Positions 1 to 9,336 are shown, numbered from the stretch's first letter. The stretch is DNA of 32,000 bases from Sinorhizobium meliloti (GCF_017876815.1 NZ_JAGIOS010000001.1:3600001-3632000); one strand, 5' to 3'. The notes: generated by a model not told the origin, from the sequence alone. Made by a program: numbers and translations.

Positions 1-187
1 ACTGTGCTGGTCGTGGCAGTTGGAAAGCGAGAGCGGGTGACGTCTACAACTTGATGAGAGCACACGGGCGTTAGATCGCCGGACCGGGCATCATAGGCCA
101 CCTAAACGCTCCAGCCCGCACCCGGCGAGAGGGGACATGCCCTACGAAATGCTGGTGACTATGGCAGCCAAGGCGCCCGCCACGAGT

Positions 188-235
188 CCCTTCGCCCCGC
201 TCGCGGGGAGAAGGTGCCGGCAGGCGGATGAGGGG
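188..235. repeat. REP-like GC-rich palindromic element, family B (cccttcgccccgc-tc-gcggggagaagg then tgccggcaggcggatgagggg)
   Basis: Hairpin cttcgccccgc/gcggggagaag (one mismatch) followed by gccggcaggcggatgagggg. Near-identical copies lie at 24323-24372 (inverted) and 24432-24481 (same orientation). It sits just 3' of fpr on the minus strand, so it could act as that gene's terminator. Confidence 0.7.
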
Positions 236-294
236 CGGCCGCAAATCGGCGTAAAATATCTTTAAGAGGACGCTATCGCCCTCGGCGCCATGGA

Positions 295-1107
295 TCAGCC
301 GACGAATGCACGTTCGATGACGAACTCTGCCGGCTTGTTGTTGGCGCCTTCCGTCAGGCCGGCGGCTTCGAGGATTTCCTTGGTATCCTTCAGCATGGCG
401 GTGGAACCGCAGATCATTCCGCGGTCGATCTCGGGATCGAGCGGCGGCAGGCCGAGGTCTGCGAAGAACTTGCCGTTGGTCATCAGGTCGGTGATCCGGC
501 CCTTGAAGGGATATTCTTCGCGCGTAACCGTGGCGTAGTGCCGAAGCTTGTCGCCGACGATCTCGTTCAGGAACTCGTGATTGCGGATTTCATCGACGAG
601 ATCGAAGCCATATTTCAGCTCCGCCACGTCGCGGCAGGTATGGGTAAGGATGACCTCCTCGAACTTCTCGAAGGTCTCCGGGTCGCGGATGAGGCTCGCA
701 AAGGGCGCGATGCCCGTGCCCGTCGAGAACATATAGAGCCTGCGGCCGGGCACGAGCGCATCCAACACCAGCGTGCCGGTCGGCTTCTTGCGCATCAGCA
801 CCTGGTCACCGGGCTTGATCCCCTGCAGATGCGACGTCAGCGGCCCATCGGGCACTTTGATGGAGAAGAATTCCAGTTCCTCGTCCCAGGCCGGGCTCGC
901 GATCGAATAGGCACGATAAACGGGCTTGTCGCCGACCATCAGTCCGATCATCGCAAATTCGCCCGAGCGGAAGCGGAACTCCTGCGGGCGTGTCATGCGG
1001 AAGCGGAAGAGCCGGTCGGTGTAGTGTTCGACGCTCGTCACCGTTTCAGCGAAGACGCCTGCCGGAGCCTGTACCGCGAAATCTTCTTTTTTTGCCGGAG
1101 CATTCAT
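295..1107 (-). CDS. fpr: ferredoxin-NADP+ reductase (plant-type FNR fold, bacterial Fpr)
   Basis: The ORF 295..1146 begins at a TTG. The first ATG (cat at 1105-1107, MNAPAKKEDF) gives 270 aa. Motifs seen: RAYSIAS (RxYS FAD site) and MFSTGTGIAPF (NADP site). Confidence 0.85.
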   Translation of the reverse strand: MNAPAKKEDFAVQAPAGVFAETVTSVEHYTDRLFRFRMTRPQEFRFRSGEFAMIGLMVGDKPVYRAYSIASPAWDEELEFFSIKVPDGPLTSHLQGIKPGDQVLMRKKPTGTLVLDALVPGRRLYMFSTGTGIAPFASLIRDPETFEKFEEVILTHTCRDVAELKYGFDLVDEIRNHEFLNEIVGDKLRHYATVTREEYPFKGRITDLMTNGKFFADLGLPPLDPEIDRGMICGSTAMLKDTKEILEAAGLTEGANNKPAEFVIERAFVG

Positions 1108-1252
1108 CGTGACCACAGTCCTGTAAATGGTGACGCTGTTTATCAACTACAAGCGGATATTCCAACCCATGCCGAATTGAAAGGAAATCCCTTCCAAATA
1201 TAGTCGCTTTCGAGGATTTCGGCTTGCTTCACACTGTCGCGGCCTGCACCTT

Positions 1253-1753
1253 TCAAGAGACGCGGCGCCAGCTGTAGGAATTGATGTTGGCGGACGGCTT
1301 TGCCGTCGGCTGGTAGTGGTTGGAAATGCCTGGCAGCCGGCCCTCCGAAAGCCGTTTGATCGCCGTGGCGTTGGTTACGGCGAAGCTGTCGACGCCGCAA
1401 CGCAGCATAAGCGGGATCGGGTCGATCAGCACGTCGCCGACGGCGCGGATTTCGCCCTGGTAGCCGAGCCGCGAACGCAGCAGCGAAGCATGGCTGAAGG
1501 ACCGGCCGTCGCTGAAAGCCGGAAATGCCACCGCCACCAGCGCGATCCTTTCGAGATAGGGCTGAAGACGCATCACGTCGTCTGCGGGGTTGATCAGAAC
1601 GCCAAGCTCCGAGGCATCGCTCTCCGCAACCGCCGCCAGGAAGCCGTCGATGTTCAGAATCGCCTTCTCGTTCGATCCGGCCTTGGTCTCGTCGGTTTCG
1701 ATCACCCAGGGATCATCGTTCACGAAGCCGGTTTCTTTCCAGATTTTCGTCAT
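1253..1753 (-). CDS. DUF934-family protein associated with sulfite reductase
   Basis: C-terminal block FPAFSDGRSFSHASLLRSRLGYQGEIRAVGDVLIDPIPLMLRCGVDSFAV is typical of DUF934. ATG at 1753 follows aaggacagcaaaag (SD-like), 17 nt after the cysI stop. The GTG at 1774 is less likely. Confidence 0.75.
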   Translation of the reverse strand: MTKIWKETGFVNDDPWVIETDETKAGSNEKAILNIDGFLAAVAESDASELGVLINPADDVMRLQPYLERIALVAVAFPAFSDGRSFSHASLLRSRLGYQGEIRAVGDVLIDPIPLMLRCGVDSFAVTNATAIKRLSEGRLPGISNHYQPTAKPSANINSYSWRRVS

Positions 1754-1770
1754 CTTTTGCTGTCCTTGGA

Positions 1771-3444
1771 TCACGCGGCTGCCTGGGCACCGCCGCCATA
1801 GAGCGCATCCTTGAAAGGCTGCGGCCCCACCCGGCGATAGGCTTCGAGGAAGGTCTCCGACTTGTCCCGGCGCAAGCCGAGATAGGTATCGACGATCGTC
1901 TCCACCGCGTCGGTCACTCTTTCCGGCTCGAAGCCGCGACCAATGATCTCGCCGATCGATGTATGTTCGTCGCCGGAGCCGCCGAGCGTGATCTGATAGA
2001 GCTCCGCGCCCTTCTTTTCGACGCCCAGAAGACCGATATGGCCGACGTGATGGTGCCCGCAGGCATTGATGCAGCCGGAAATCTTGATCTTGAGCTCGCC
2101 GATTTCGGCCTGCCGCTCGGGCGAGCCGAAACGGTTCGAAATCTCCTGCGCGACCGGAATCGAGCGTGCATTGGCAAGCGCACAGTAGTCGAGCCCCGGA
2201 CAGGCAATGATGTCGGTGATCAGCCCCGCATTGGCAGTGGCGAGGCCGGCGGCGACCAGGGCGCGATAGACCGGCTCGAGGTCGGCAAGCGCCACATGCG
2301 GCAGGATCAGGTTCTGCTCATGGCTGACGCGGATCTCGTCGAAGGCATATTCCTCGGCGATATCGGCGACCGCATCCATCTGTTCGTGGCTCGCGTCGCC
2401 CGGAATGCCGCCGATCGGCTTCAGCGAGATCGTCACCATGCCGTAGTCGGGATGCTTGTGCGGCTGGACGTTCTGGTGCACCCAGCGGGCAAATTCCGGA
2501 GCGGCCTTCTTCCAGCGGGCGAGACTGCCCCAGCCCTCCGTCCGGTTCGGCAGTGTCGCGGGCGCAAAATAGGCAGCGATCGCCTGGATATCCGCGTCCG
2601 GCAGCTTCAGTTCCGTGTCCTTCAGATTGGCGAATTCGAGCTCCACCTGACGGGCCAGTTCCTCGGCACCGGTTTCATGAACCAGTATCTTGATGCGCGC
2701 CTTGTACTTGTTGTCGCGGCGACCATGGAGGTTGTAAACGCGCATGATCGCGGTCGTGTAGGAAAGCAGATCCTCTTCCGGCAGGAAGTCGCGGATCTTC
2801 TTGGCAATCAGCGGCGTGCGGCCCTGCCCGCCGCCGACATAGACGGCAAAGCCAAGCTTGCCATTCTCGTCCTTCTTCAGGTGCAGGCCGATGTCATGCA
2901 CCTGAATGGCGGCGCGGTCGCGCTCGGCGCCGGTCACGGCGATCTTGAACTTGCGCGGCAGGAACGAGAACTCCGGATGGACGCTCGACCATTGCCTGAG
3001 GATTTCGGCATAGGGGCGCGGGTCGGCGACTTCGTCAGCCGCGGCACCGGCGAAATGGTCCGCCGTCACGTTGCGAATGCAGTTGCCGGAGGTCTGCAGC
3101 GCGTGCATCTCCACGCTTGCCAGTTCCTGAAGGATATCAGGCGTGTCGGAAAGGCGCGGCCAGTTGTACTGGATGTTCTGGCGGGTCGTGAAATGTCCGT
3201 AGCCGCGGTCATATTTGCGGGCGATATGGGCGAGCATCCGCATTTGCCGGCTCGAGAGCGTACCATAGGGAATGGCGACGCGGAGCATATAGGCATGGAG
3301 CTGCAGATAGACGCCGTTCATCAGGCGCAGCGGCTTGAACGCATCCTCCGCGAGTTCACCGGACAGTCGCCGCTGGACCTGGTCGCGGAACTGCTCGACG
3401 CGTGCGGAAACGAAGGCGTGGTCGAATTCGTCGTAACGATACAT
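1771..3444 (-). CDS. cysI: assimilatory sulfite (nitrite/sulfite family) reductase hemoprotein, siroheme/4Fe-4S
   Basis: 557-aa ORF starting at an ATG. Cluster-ligand motifs CPGLDYCALA and SGCINACGHHH are present, with the repeated NIR_SIR ferredoxin-like halves. The gene sits between DUF2849 and DUF934. Confidence 0.9.
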   Translation of the reverse strand: MYRYDEFDHAFVSARVEQFRDQVQRRLSGELAEDAFKPLRLMNGVYLQLHAYMLRVAIPYGTLSSRQMRMLAHIARKYDRGYGHFTTRQNIQYNWPRLSDTPDILQELASVEMHALQTSGNCIRNVTADHFAGAAADEVADPRPYAEILRQWSSVHPEFSFLPRKFKIAVTGAERDRAAIQVHDIGLHLKKDENGKLGFAVYVGGGQGRTPLIAKKIRDFLPEEDLLSYTTAIMRVYNLHGRRDNKYKARIKILVHETGAEELARQVELEFANLKDTELKLPDADIQAIAAYFAPATLPNRTEGWGSLARWKKAAPEFARWVHQNVQPHKHPDYGMVTISLKPIGGIPGDASHEQMDAVADIAEEYAFDEIRVSHEQNLILPHVALADLEPVYRALVAAGLATANAGLITDIIACPGLDYCALANARSIPVAQEISNRFGSPERQAEIGELKIKISGCINACGHHHVGHIGLLGVEKKGAELYQITLGGSGDEHTSIGEIIGRGFEPERVTDAVETIVDTYLGLRRDKSETFLEAYRRVGPQPFKDALYGGGAQAAA

Positions 3445-3459
3445 GGCTTCTCAGGTCCC

Positions 3460-3777
3460 TCAGGCAGCAACATTCTTCGGGCCCGCAAGCCCGCTGTATC
3501 CAGGAGCGTAGGGGATCGACGGCCCTTCGGCACGGATCCGCTCACGCATGCGCAACGGCCGCAGCGTACCGTCTACCTCCTCGACGTCGATAACGTTGAC
3601 GTCCACCACTTTATTCTCGTCGAACGAGCGCTTTCCGGTCGCCTCCAGGGCCGCGACGGCCTCCGCATGGCGAGCGACGAAGGCATCCTGCAACGACTCC
3701 ACCCAATTGCCGGAAGCGTCGAGCCAGACGGAGATGCCATCCGCCAGACGGTTTGCCGTCAGAACCTTTTCCACCAT
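3460..3777 (-). CDS. DUF2849-family small protein (sulfite reductase cluster)
   Basis: ATG at 3777 (MVEKVLTANRLADG...) lies 10 nt after the cysG stop and is preceded by gagga. Product is 105 aa. The upstream part of the 144-aa ORF overlaps cysG and is Arg/Pro-rich junk. Confidence 0.7.
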   Translation of the reverse strand: MVEKVLTANRLADGISVWLDASGNWVESLQDAFVARHAEAVAALEATGKRSFDENKVVDVNVIDVEEVDGTLRPLRMRERIRAEGPSIPYAPGYSGLAGPKNVAA

Positions 3778-3787
3778 CGCGTCGTCC

Positions 3788-5245
3788 TCAATTCCAGATC
3801 TGTTCGGTGCGTTTCGCCGAAACTTTGCTGGCACCGCTATACTTGGTGCGGCCGGCCGCCAGCGGCTCGGACCGTTCGAAATTCGCGCCCGCAACCGCTT
3901 CGCCGATGATCACCATGACCGGCCCGTCCAGTTCCGTGCGGGCCTCGAGATCCGGCAGATCGCGGAGCGTTCCGTGCAGGAGACGGCGCTCGGCACGGCT
4001 CGCATTCTCGATCACCGCGACGGTCGTGTCCTGCGGCAGACCGGCCTGCATGAGCCGCGAGGCGACGGAGGCCGCAACGGTGCGGCCCATATAGACGGCA
4101 ATCGTCGCGCCGGAAACCGCCAGTCGCGCCCAATCGGGAAGAACGCTGCCTGTCAGATCGTGCCCCGTCGTGAAAACCAGCGACGATGCCACGCCGCGCA
4201 GCGTCAGCGGCAGTTCGAAATCGGCGGCCGCGGCAAAGGCCGATGTGATCCCCGGCACCACCTCGTAGCTGATGCCGGCTTCACGCAGTGCCGCCATTTC
4301 CTCGCCTGCCCGGCCGTAGACCAGAGGGTCGCCGGACTTCAGCCGGACGACGCGCTTGCCTTCGCCGGCAAGCTTCACCAGCAACTGATTGATCTCGTCC
4401 TGCGACTTGGTATGGCAGCCCTTGCGCTTGCCGACCGAAAGCCGCTCGGCGTCGCGGCGGCCCATGTCGACGATCGCTTGCGGCACCAGCGCATCATAAA
4501 CGATGGCATCCGCTTCCATCATCACGCGCTGCGCCCGGAGCGTCAGCAGGTCTTCGGCGCCCGGTCCGGCGCCGACCAGCCACACATGGCCGGCCACGCC
4601 CCCCGCGGCATCCAGAAGCCTCGAGGCCTCGCGGCGCGCGGATGCAAGATCGCCGAGCGCTACTTGATCCGCCACAGGGCCCGAGAAGAAGCGGCGCCAG
4701 AAGACACGCCGAGCGACGCCGCGCGGCACGAGGCGCTCGACGGCGTCGCGATAGTTCGCAGCCAAAGAGGCAACGATACCCAAGGACGGCGACAGCAATT
4801 GATCGATCTGCGCGCGGATCATCTGCGCCAGAACCGGCCCTGCCCCTTCGGTGCCGATCGCAACTGCGACGGGCGCCCGGTTGACGAGTGCCGGCGTGAG
4901 GAAATCGCAATAGTCCGGCTGATCCACGGCATTTGCGGGGATTTTCCGCTCGCGCGCCGCAGTCACGACAACGCGGTCAAGCGCCGCATCGCCGGTTGCG
5001 GCAAAGACGAGGACGGAGCCTTCGACCTGATGAGCCCCAAAGGGTTCGCGCACGGTCTCGATATTGTTGGCATCCAGAAAAGCATCGAATGCCGGTTCCG
5101 GGCGATCCGCATAGGCGACGATGCGCGCCTCGGTGTTCAGCAGCAACCGTAACTTGGCGAAGGCCTCGTCCCCATTGCCGAACACCGCCACGCTTTTCTG
5201 CGCGACGCGAAAGAATGCCGGAAAGACGGACAATTTCTGCGACAT
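3788..5245 (-). CDS. cysG: siroheme synthase (precorrin-2 dehydrogenase/ferrochelatase plus uroporphyrinogen-III C-methyltransferase)
   Basis: 485 aa. N-terminal Rossmann VAVFGNGDEA. C-terminal SUMT motifs VWLVGAGPGAEDLLTLRA and RLKSGDPLVYGRAGEE. Confidence 0.9.
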   Translation of the reverse strand: MSQKLSVFPAFFRVAQKSVAVFGNGDEAFAKLRLLLNTEARIVAYADRPEPAFDAFLDANNIETVREPFGAHQVEGSVLVFAATGDAALDRVVVTAARERKIPANAVDQPDYCDFLTPALVNRAPVAVAIGTEGAGPVLAQMIRAQIDQLLSPSLGIVASLAANYRDAVERLVPRGVARRVFWRRFFSGPVADQVALGDLASARREASRLLDAAGGVAGHVWLVGAGPGAEDLLTLRAQRVMMEADAIVYDALVPQAIVDMGRRDAERLSVGKRKGCHTKSQDEINQLLVKLAGEGKRVVRLKSGDPLVYGRAGEEMAALREAGISYEVVPGITSAFAAAADFELPLTLRGVASSLVFTTGHDLTGSVLPDWARLAVSGATIAVYMGRTVAASVASRLMQAGLPQDTTVAVIENASRAERRLLHGTLRDLPDLEARTELDGPVMVIIGEAVAGANFERSEPLAAGRTKYSGASKVSAKRTEQIWN

Positions 5246-5468
5246 AACGAGGGGACGGCTCCTTTTGCAGGCTGCGGCGAATATCCCCTATAGGCCGCAA
5301 CATTTGAAGGAACAGAAATTTCAATGCTTTTCCGGTCACGTATTGTTTTGCTCGACAGCCAATCTTTTTGAGCAAATATCTCCGGGACCCTGATCCGCCC
5401 GTTGGTTCGGCCATTGCGCCGATCGGCCGACCTCCGTTAAATGCCGGCTCAAAGCAGGAGACCGAGAC

Positions 5469-6056
5469 ATGAAAAAAACCCAACTGGCAGAGCGCCTGCT
5501 GACCGTCATCGAAGAGGACATACTGCCGCTCACCGAGAAGGGCGTAGCCGACGGCAACAAGGTGTTCGGCGCCGCTATCCTGCGCAAGTCCGATCTGTCG
5601 CTGGTGCTGGCCGAAACCAATAACGAGACCGAGAACCCGCTGTGGCATGGCGAGGTGCACACGCTCAAGCGCTTCTACGAGATGGCCGAGACGCCGGACA
5701 CGCGCGAACTGATCTTCCTCTCGACGCATGAGCCCTGCTCCATGTGTCTCTCGGCGATCACCTGGGCAGGTTTCGATAACTTCTACTATTTCTTCAGCCA
5801 CGAGGATTCGCGCGACAGCTTCGCTATCCCGCATGACCTGAAAATCCTGAAGGAGGTTTTTCGCCTCGAACCGGGCGGCTATGCCCGGCAGAATGCGTTC
5901 TGGAAATCGGCTTCCATCGCGGCACTGATGCAGGAGGCCGATCCGGAAACGCGGCAGCGGCTCAGCGGCCAGGACACCCGCATCCGGGCACGCTACGATC
6001 GTCTGTCCGATACCTATCAGGCGAGCAAAGACACCAACGCCATACCGCTGAATTGA
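5469..6056 (+). CDS. cytidine/deoxycytidylate-deaminase-fold nucleoside/nucleotide deaminase
   Basis: Zinc-site motifs HGEVH and EPCSMC. ATG at 5469 is preceded by gcaggag. Product is 195 aa with a C-terminal extension of about 60 aa. The stop is 3 nt before the mazG ATG. Confidence 0.8.
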   Translation: MKKTQLAERLLTVIEEDILPLTEKGVADGNKVFGAAILRKSDLSLVLAETNNETENPLWHGEVHTLKRFYEMAETPDTRELIFLSTHEPCSMCLSAITWAGFDNFYYFFSHEDSRDSFAIPHDLKILKEVFRLEPGGYARQNAFWKSASIAALMQEADPETRQRLSGQDTRIRARYDRLSDTYQASKDTNAIPLN

Positions 6057-6059
6057 GCC

Positions 6060-6893
6060 ATGGAAGCTTCCCGCGACATTCAACGCCTGCTCGACATCAT
6101 GGCCGCGCTCCGCGATCCGGAGACGGGCTGCCCCTGGGATATCGTGCAGACCTTCGAGACGATCCGGCCTTATACGATCGAAGAGGCCTATGAGGTCGCC
6201 GACGCGATCGAGCGTCATGATATGGACGACCTGTGCGACGAACTCGGCGACCTTTTGCTGCAGGTGGTCTTCCACGCACGCATGGCCGAGGAGGCCGGCG
6301 CGTTTTCCTTCGGTGACGTCGTCGAAGCCATCACGCGCAAGATGATCCGCCGCCATCCGCATGTCTTCGCCCGCTCCGACGCCGACACCGCCGAGGCGGT
6401 GAAGCTGCAATGGGAAGAGATCAAGCAGGCCGAGAAGGCCGACCGGCGGCAACGGCGCCTGCAGCGCGGCGTGTCGCAAGAGGAGCATGCTGGCCATCTC
6501 GGCTCGATCCAACGCAGCTTCCCGGCGCTGGTCGAGGCGCTGAAGCTGCAGGAACGGGCGGCAAAGGTCGGCTTCGACTGGTCCGAGCCTGAGCCGATCC
6601 TCGACAAGGTCGAGGAGGAAATCGGCGAGCTGCGGCAGGCACTTAAAGACGGTGACCTCGGGAAGGTCGCGGACGAGCTCGGCGACCTGATCTTCGCGCT
6701 CGTCAATATCGGCCGCCATGTCGGCACCGATCCGGAAATGGCGCTGCGCGGCACCAATACCAAGTTCCGGCGCCGCTTCGGCCACATCGAGAAGGAACTG
6801 GAAGCCGGAGGCGAAACGCTCGATGCGGCGTCGCTGGAGCGCATGGAAGAACTCTGGCAGGCGGCGAAGGCTATCGAAAGGCAGCTGACGTAG
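6060..6893 (+). CDS. mazG: nucleoside triphosphate pyrophosphohydrolase MazG (tandem MazG domains)
   Basis: 277 aa. Motifs: GCPWD, EEAYEVADAIE in domain 1, EEIGELRQA...ELGDLIFALVN in domain 2. Confidence 0.9.
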   Translation: MEASRDIQRLLDIMAALRDPETGCPWDIVQTFETIRPYTIEEAYEVADAIERHDMDDLCDELGDLLLQVVFHARMAEEAGAFSFGDVVEAITRKMIRRHPHVFARSDADTAEAVKLQWEEIKQAEKADRRQRRLQRGVSQEEHAGHLGSIQRSFPALVEALKLQERAAKVGFDWSEPEPILDKVEEEIGELRQALKDGDLGKVADELGDLIFALVNIGRHVGTDPEMALRGTNTKFRRRFGHIEKELEAGGETLDAASLERMEELWQAAKAIERQLT

Positions 6894-6920
6894 GCTCGTG
6901 CGTTACCCGCTGTGTCTATG

Positions 6921-8071
6921 CTATTCCTCATCCCTGCCCGTCAAGGAATCCAGCCGGGCGGAATCCTTGGGCTGAAAAGACTCACCCGCGCCGCAGACGC
7001 GGCGCTGCTGGATCCCTGTGACGAGCACAGGGATGAGGGTGGAACGGGTGAGGTCCCTCGGAATACTTCTCATAGGCCGTGGGAAATTAAGGAGATGGCG
7101 CGCACGTCCTTCGAGCGAAGATTGCCGTAGCGCCCGTGCATCCCCGCCTCCCTCATTCCTGTGCCTGTCACAGGAATCCAGCCAGGCCAAGTCATTGGGC
7201 TGGAAAGACTCTTCCGCGCCGCAGACGCGGCGCTGCTGGATCCCTGTGACGAGCACAGGGATGAGGGGAGAGAGGGTCCCGATCCCTCGGAATAGTTCTC
7301 ATAGGTGCGCGGATATCGAGGAGATGGCGCGCAGTCCCCAAACGAGGTTGCGGCAGCGCCCGTGCATCCCCGCCTCCCTCATTCCTGTACCTGTCACAGG
7401 AATCCAGCCAGACCAAGTCCTTGGGCTGGAAAGACTCTTCCGCGCCGCAGACGCGGCGCTGCTCTCATCCCTGTGACGAGCACAGGGATGAGGGTGGAGC
7501 GGGTGCGGTCCTTCGGAATACTTCTCGTAGGCCGTGGGATATTAATGAGATGGCGCGCATGTCCTTCGGGCGAAGGTTACCGTAACGCCCGTGCATCCCC
7601 GCCTCCTCATTCCCGTGCTCGTCACAGGGATGAGGGGAGAGAGGGTCCCGGTCCCTCGGAATAGTTCTCATAGGTGCGCGGATATCGAGGAGATGGCGCG
7701 CAGTCCCCAAACGAGGTTGCGGGAGCGCCCGTGCTTCCCCGCCTCCCTCATTCCTGTGCTCGTCACAGGAATCCAGCCAGACCAAGTCCTTGGGCTGAAA
7801 AGACTCACCCGCGCCGCAGACGCGGCGCTGCTCTCATCCCTGTGACGAGCACAGGGATGAGGGGAGAGAGGGTCCGGTCCCTCGGAATACTTCTCATAGG
7901 CCGTGCGGAAGGAGATGGCGCGCAGTCCCCAAACGAGGTTGCGGCAGCGCCCGTGCATCCCCGCCCCCCTCATTCCTGTGCTCGTCACAGGAATCCAGCC
8001 AGACCAAGTCCTTGGGCTGGAAAGACTCAGCCGCGCCGCAGACGCAGCGCTGCTCTCATCCCTGTGACGAG
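6921..8071. repeat. BIME-like intergenic mosaic repeat array, left part (modules Y0-X1-Y1-X2-Y2-X3-X4-Y4-X5-Y5)
   Basis: Hairpin P1 atccctgtg-ACGAG-cacagggat at 7002, 7240, 7467, 7836 and 8058 (split by the IS). Hairpin P2 attcctgtg-CTCGT-cacaggaat at 7155, 7381, 7749 and 7972. Hybrid hairpin at 7608. X-module blocks cctcggaata.ttctcatagg, gagatggcgcgca and gcccgtgcatccccgcctccctc recur at about 7025, 7263, 7490, 7633 and 7861. Unit periods are 238, 227 and 222 bp. Confidence 0.9.
8067..8071. repeat. target-site duplication ACGAG (left copy)
   Basis: ACGAG lies immediately outside IRL and is identical to 9337-9341. It equals the loop of hairpin P1. Confidence 0.85.
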
Positions 8072-9336
8072 TGTTTAGCCCGGGGACATAACTGACGGGT
8101 GTTCGGGGAGATGGCTGACACGTCATACTGGCATGGATTTGGCTTCGAAGGGGGTATTCCATGCCGTGGCGAGAGGTATCGACGATGGGAGAGCGGCGGG
8201 AGTTTGTGCGACTTGCGCTTGAGGAGGGTGTGAACCGGCGGGAATTGTGCCGGCGGTTCGGGATCAGCCCGGATATCGGTTATAAATGGCTGGCGCGGTG
8301 GGAAGCCGGCGACCGCGAGTTGGCGGATCGCTCACGGCGCCCGCATATAAGTCCGATGCGTTGCAACGAAGCGGTAGAGACCGAGGTGCTTGGGGTGCGC
8401 GATGCGCATCCGGCATGGGGGGCGCGCAAAATTGTGGGCTATCTGGAACGGCAGGGAACCCACCCGCCGGCGGTTTCGACCGTTCATGCCATCCTCAAGC
8501 GCCATGATCGGATCGTAGCACCGCCGGGCGGCGCGCCGGCGTTGCAGCGCTTCGAGAAGGAGGCGCCGAACCAGCTCTGGCAAATGGATTTCAAGGGCTG
8601 GGTGCAATTGGCCGACGCCACGCTCTGCCACCCGTTGACGGTGATCGATGACCATTCCCGCTTCGTGCCTTGTCTCATGGCCTGCGCCGATCAGCGAGGC
8701 GCGACCGTACGCGGCCATCTGGAGCGGACATTCCGGCGCTACGGGCTGCCGGACGCCATGTTCGTGGATAATGGCGCGCCATGGGGCGATCCGTCAGGCG
8801 AGGGCTGGACCGGCCTCGGCGTATGGCTTCTGAAGCTCGGCGTCGCCCTACTGCACAGTCGCCCCTACCATCCGCAGAGCCGTGGCAAGAATGAACGCTT
8901 CCATCGCACACTCAAGGCCGAGGTGTTCGCCTTTGACCGTTTCAGGGATCTTGCTGCCGTTCAGCGCGCCTTCGATGCCTGGCGCGAGCTTTACAATTTC
9001 GAGCGCCCGCATGGGGCACTCGATCATGACGTGCCGGCCAGCCGCTACCACCCCAGTCCGCGCGCCATGCCGGATCGCCTGCCCGAGCCCGTCTATGACG
9101 AGGGCGAGATCGTGCGCAAGGTTTCCGCCACCAAAGCCTATGTCAGCTTCAAAGGCCGGCTATGGAAAGTTCCCAAAGCTTTCTGCGGAGAACGCCTCGC
9201 CATCCGCCCGCTCGACCGCGACGGCCACTATGGCGCTTTCTTCGGTGCCCATCACATCGCAACAATCAACTTGACCAACAAGCAATCCGTCAGTGATGTA
9301 TCCGAACAGGTGTCCGCCATGTCCCCGGGCTAAACA
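8072..9336 (+). mobile_element. IS481-family insertion sequence (1265 bp, single DDE transposase ORF)
   Basis: Perfect 18-bp terminal inverted repeats tgtttagcccggggacat (8072-8089) and atgtccccgggctaaaca (9319-9336) with TGT ends. The single transposase ORF has its stop codon (9331-9333) inside IRR. The element is flanked by a 5-bp direct repeat. Confidence 0.85.
8161..9333 (+). CDS. IS481-family DDE transposase (N-terminal HTH plus rve integrase core)
   Basis: 390 aa. HTH-like RRELCRRFGISPDIGYKWLARW. Catalytic-region motifs WQMDFKG, VIDDHSR, FVDNGAPW and HPQSRGKNERFHRTLK. An alternative start exists at M9 (8185). Confidence 0.85.
   Translation: MPWREVSTMGERREFVRLALEEGVNRRELCRRFGISPDIGYKWLARWEAGDRELADRSRRPHISPMRCNEAVETEVLGVRDAHPAWGARKIVGYLERQGTHPPAVSTVHAILKRHDRIVAPPGGAPALQRFEKEAPNQLWQMDFKGWVQLADATLCHPLTVIDDHSRFVPCLMACADQRGATVRGHLERTFRRYGLPDAMFVDNGAPWGDPSGEGWTGLGVWLLKLGVALLHSRPYHPQSRGKNERFHRTLKAEVFAFDRFRDLAAVQRAFDAWRELYNFERPHGALDHDVPASRYHPSPRAMPDRLPEPVYDEGEIVRKVSATKAYVSFKGRLWKVPKAFCGERLAIRPLDRDGHYGAFFGAHHIATINLTNKQSVSDVSEQVSAMSPG

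Noticed and set aside
1-187. Unassigned 187 nt at the window edge; checked for tRNA, tmRNA or SRP-like features
   Set aside because: There is no cloverleaf or T-loop (GTTCGAATC-type) signature, no recognisable ncRNA motif and no ORF. The sequence is truncated by the window edge, so nothing can be supported.
8129-8143. Sigma-54-like -24/-12 element TGGCAT-N5-TGGC inside the IS, upstream of the transposase
   Set aside because: It has one mismatch in the -12 box. The predicted start (about 8155) would remove the gaaggggg ribosome-binding site that precedes ATG 8161. No activator site is evident, so it is probably chance.
6912-8162. Many 70-165-aa ORFs on both strands across the repeat array (for example 6921..7256, 7018..7476, 7668..8162, 9290..9637, 9349..9846), with peptides such as LIPVTSTGMRGERV and WLDSCDEHRNEGG
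   Set aside because: They are read-throughs of the repeats. The frames switch between copies, both strands are open, and they are rich in Arg/Pro/Ser. Start sites have no consistent context.
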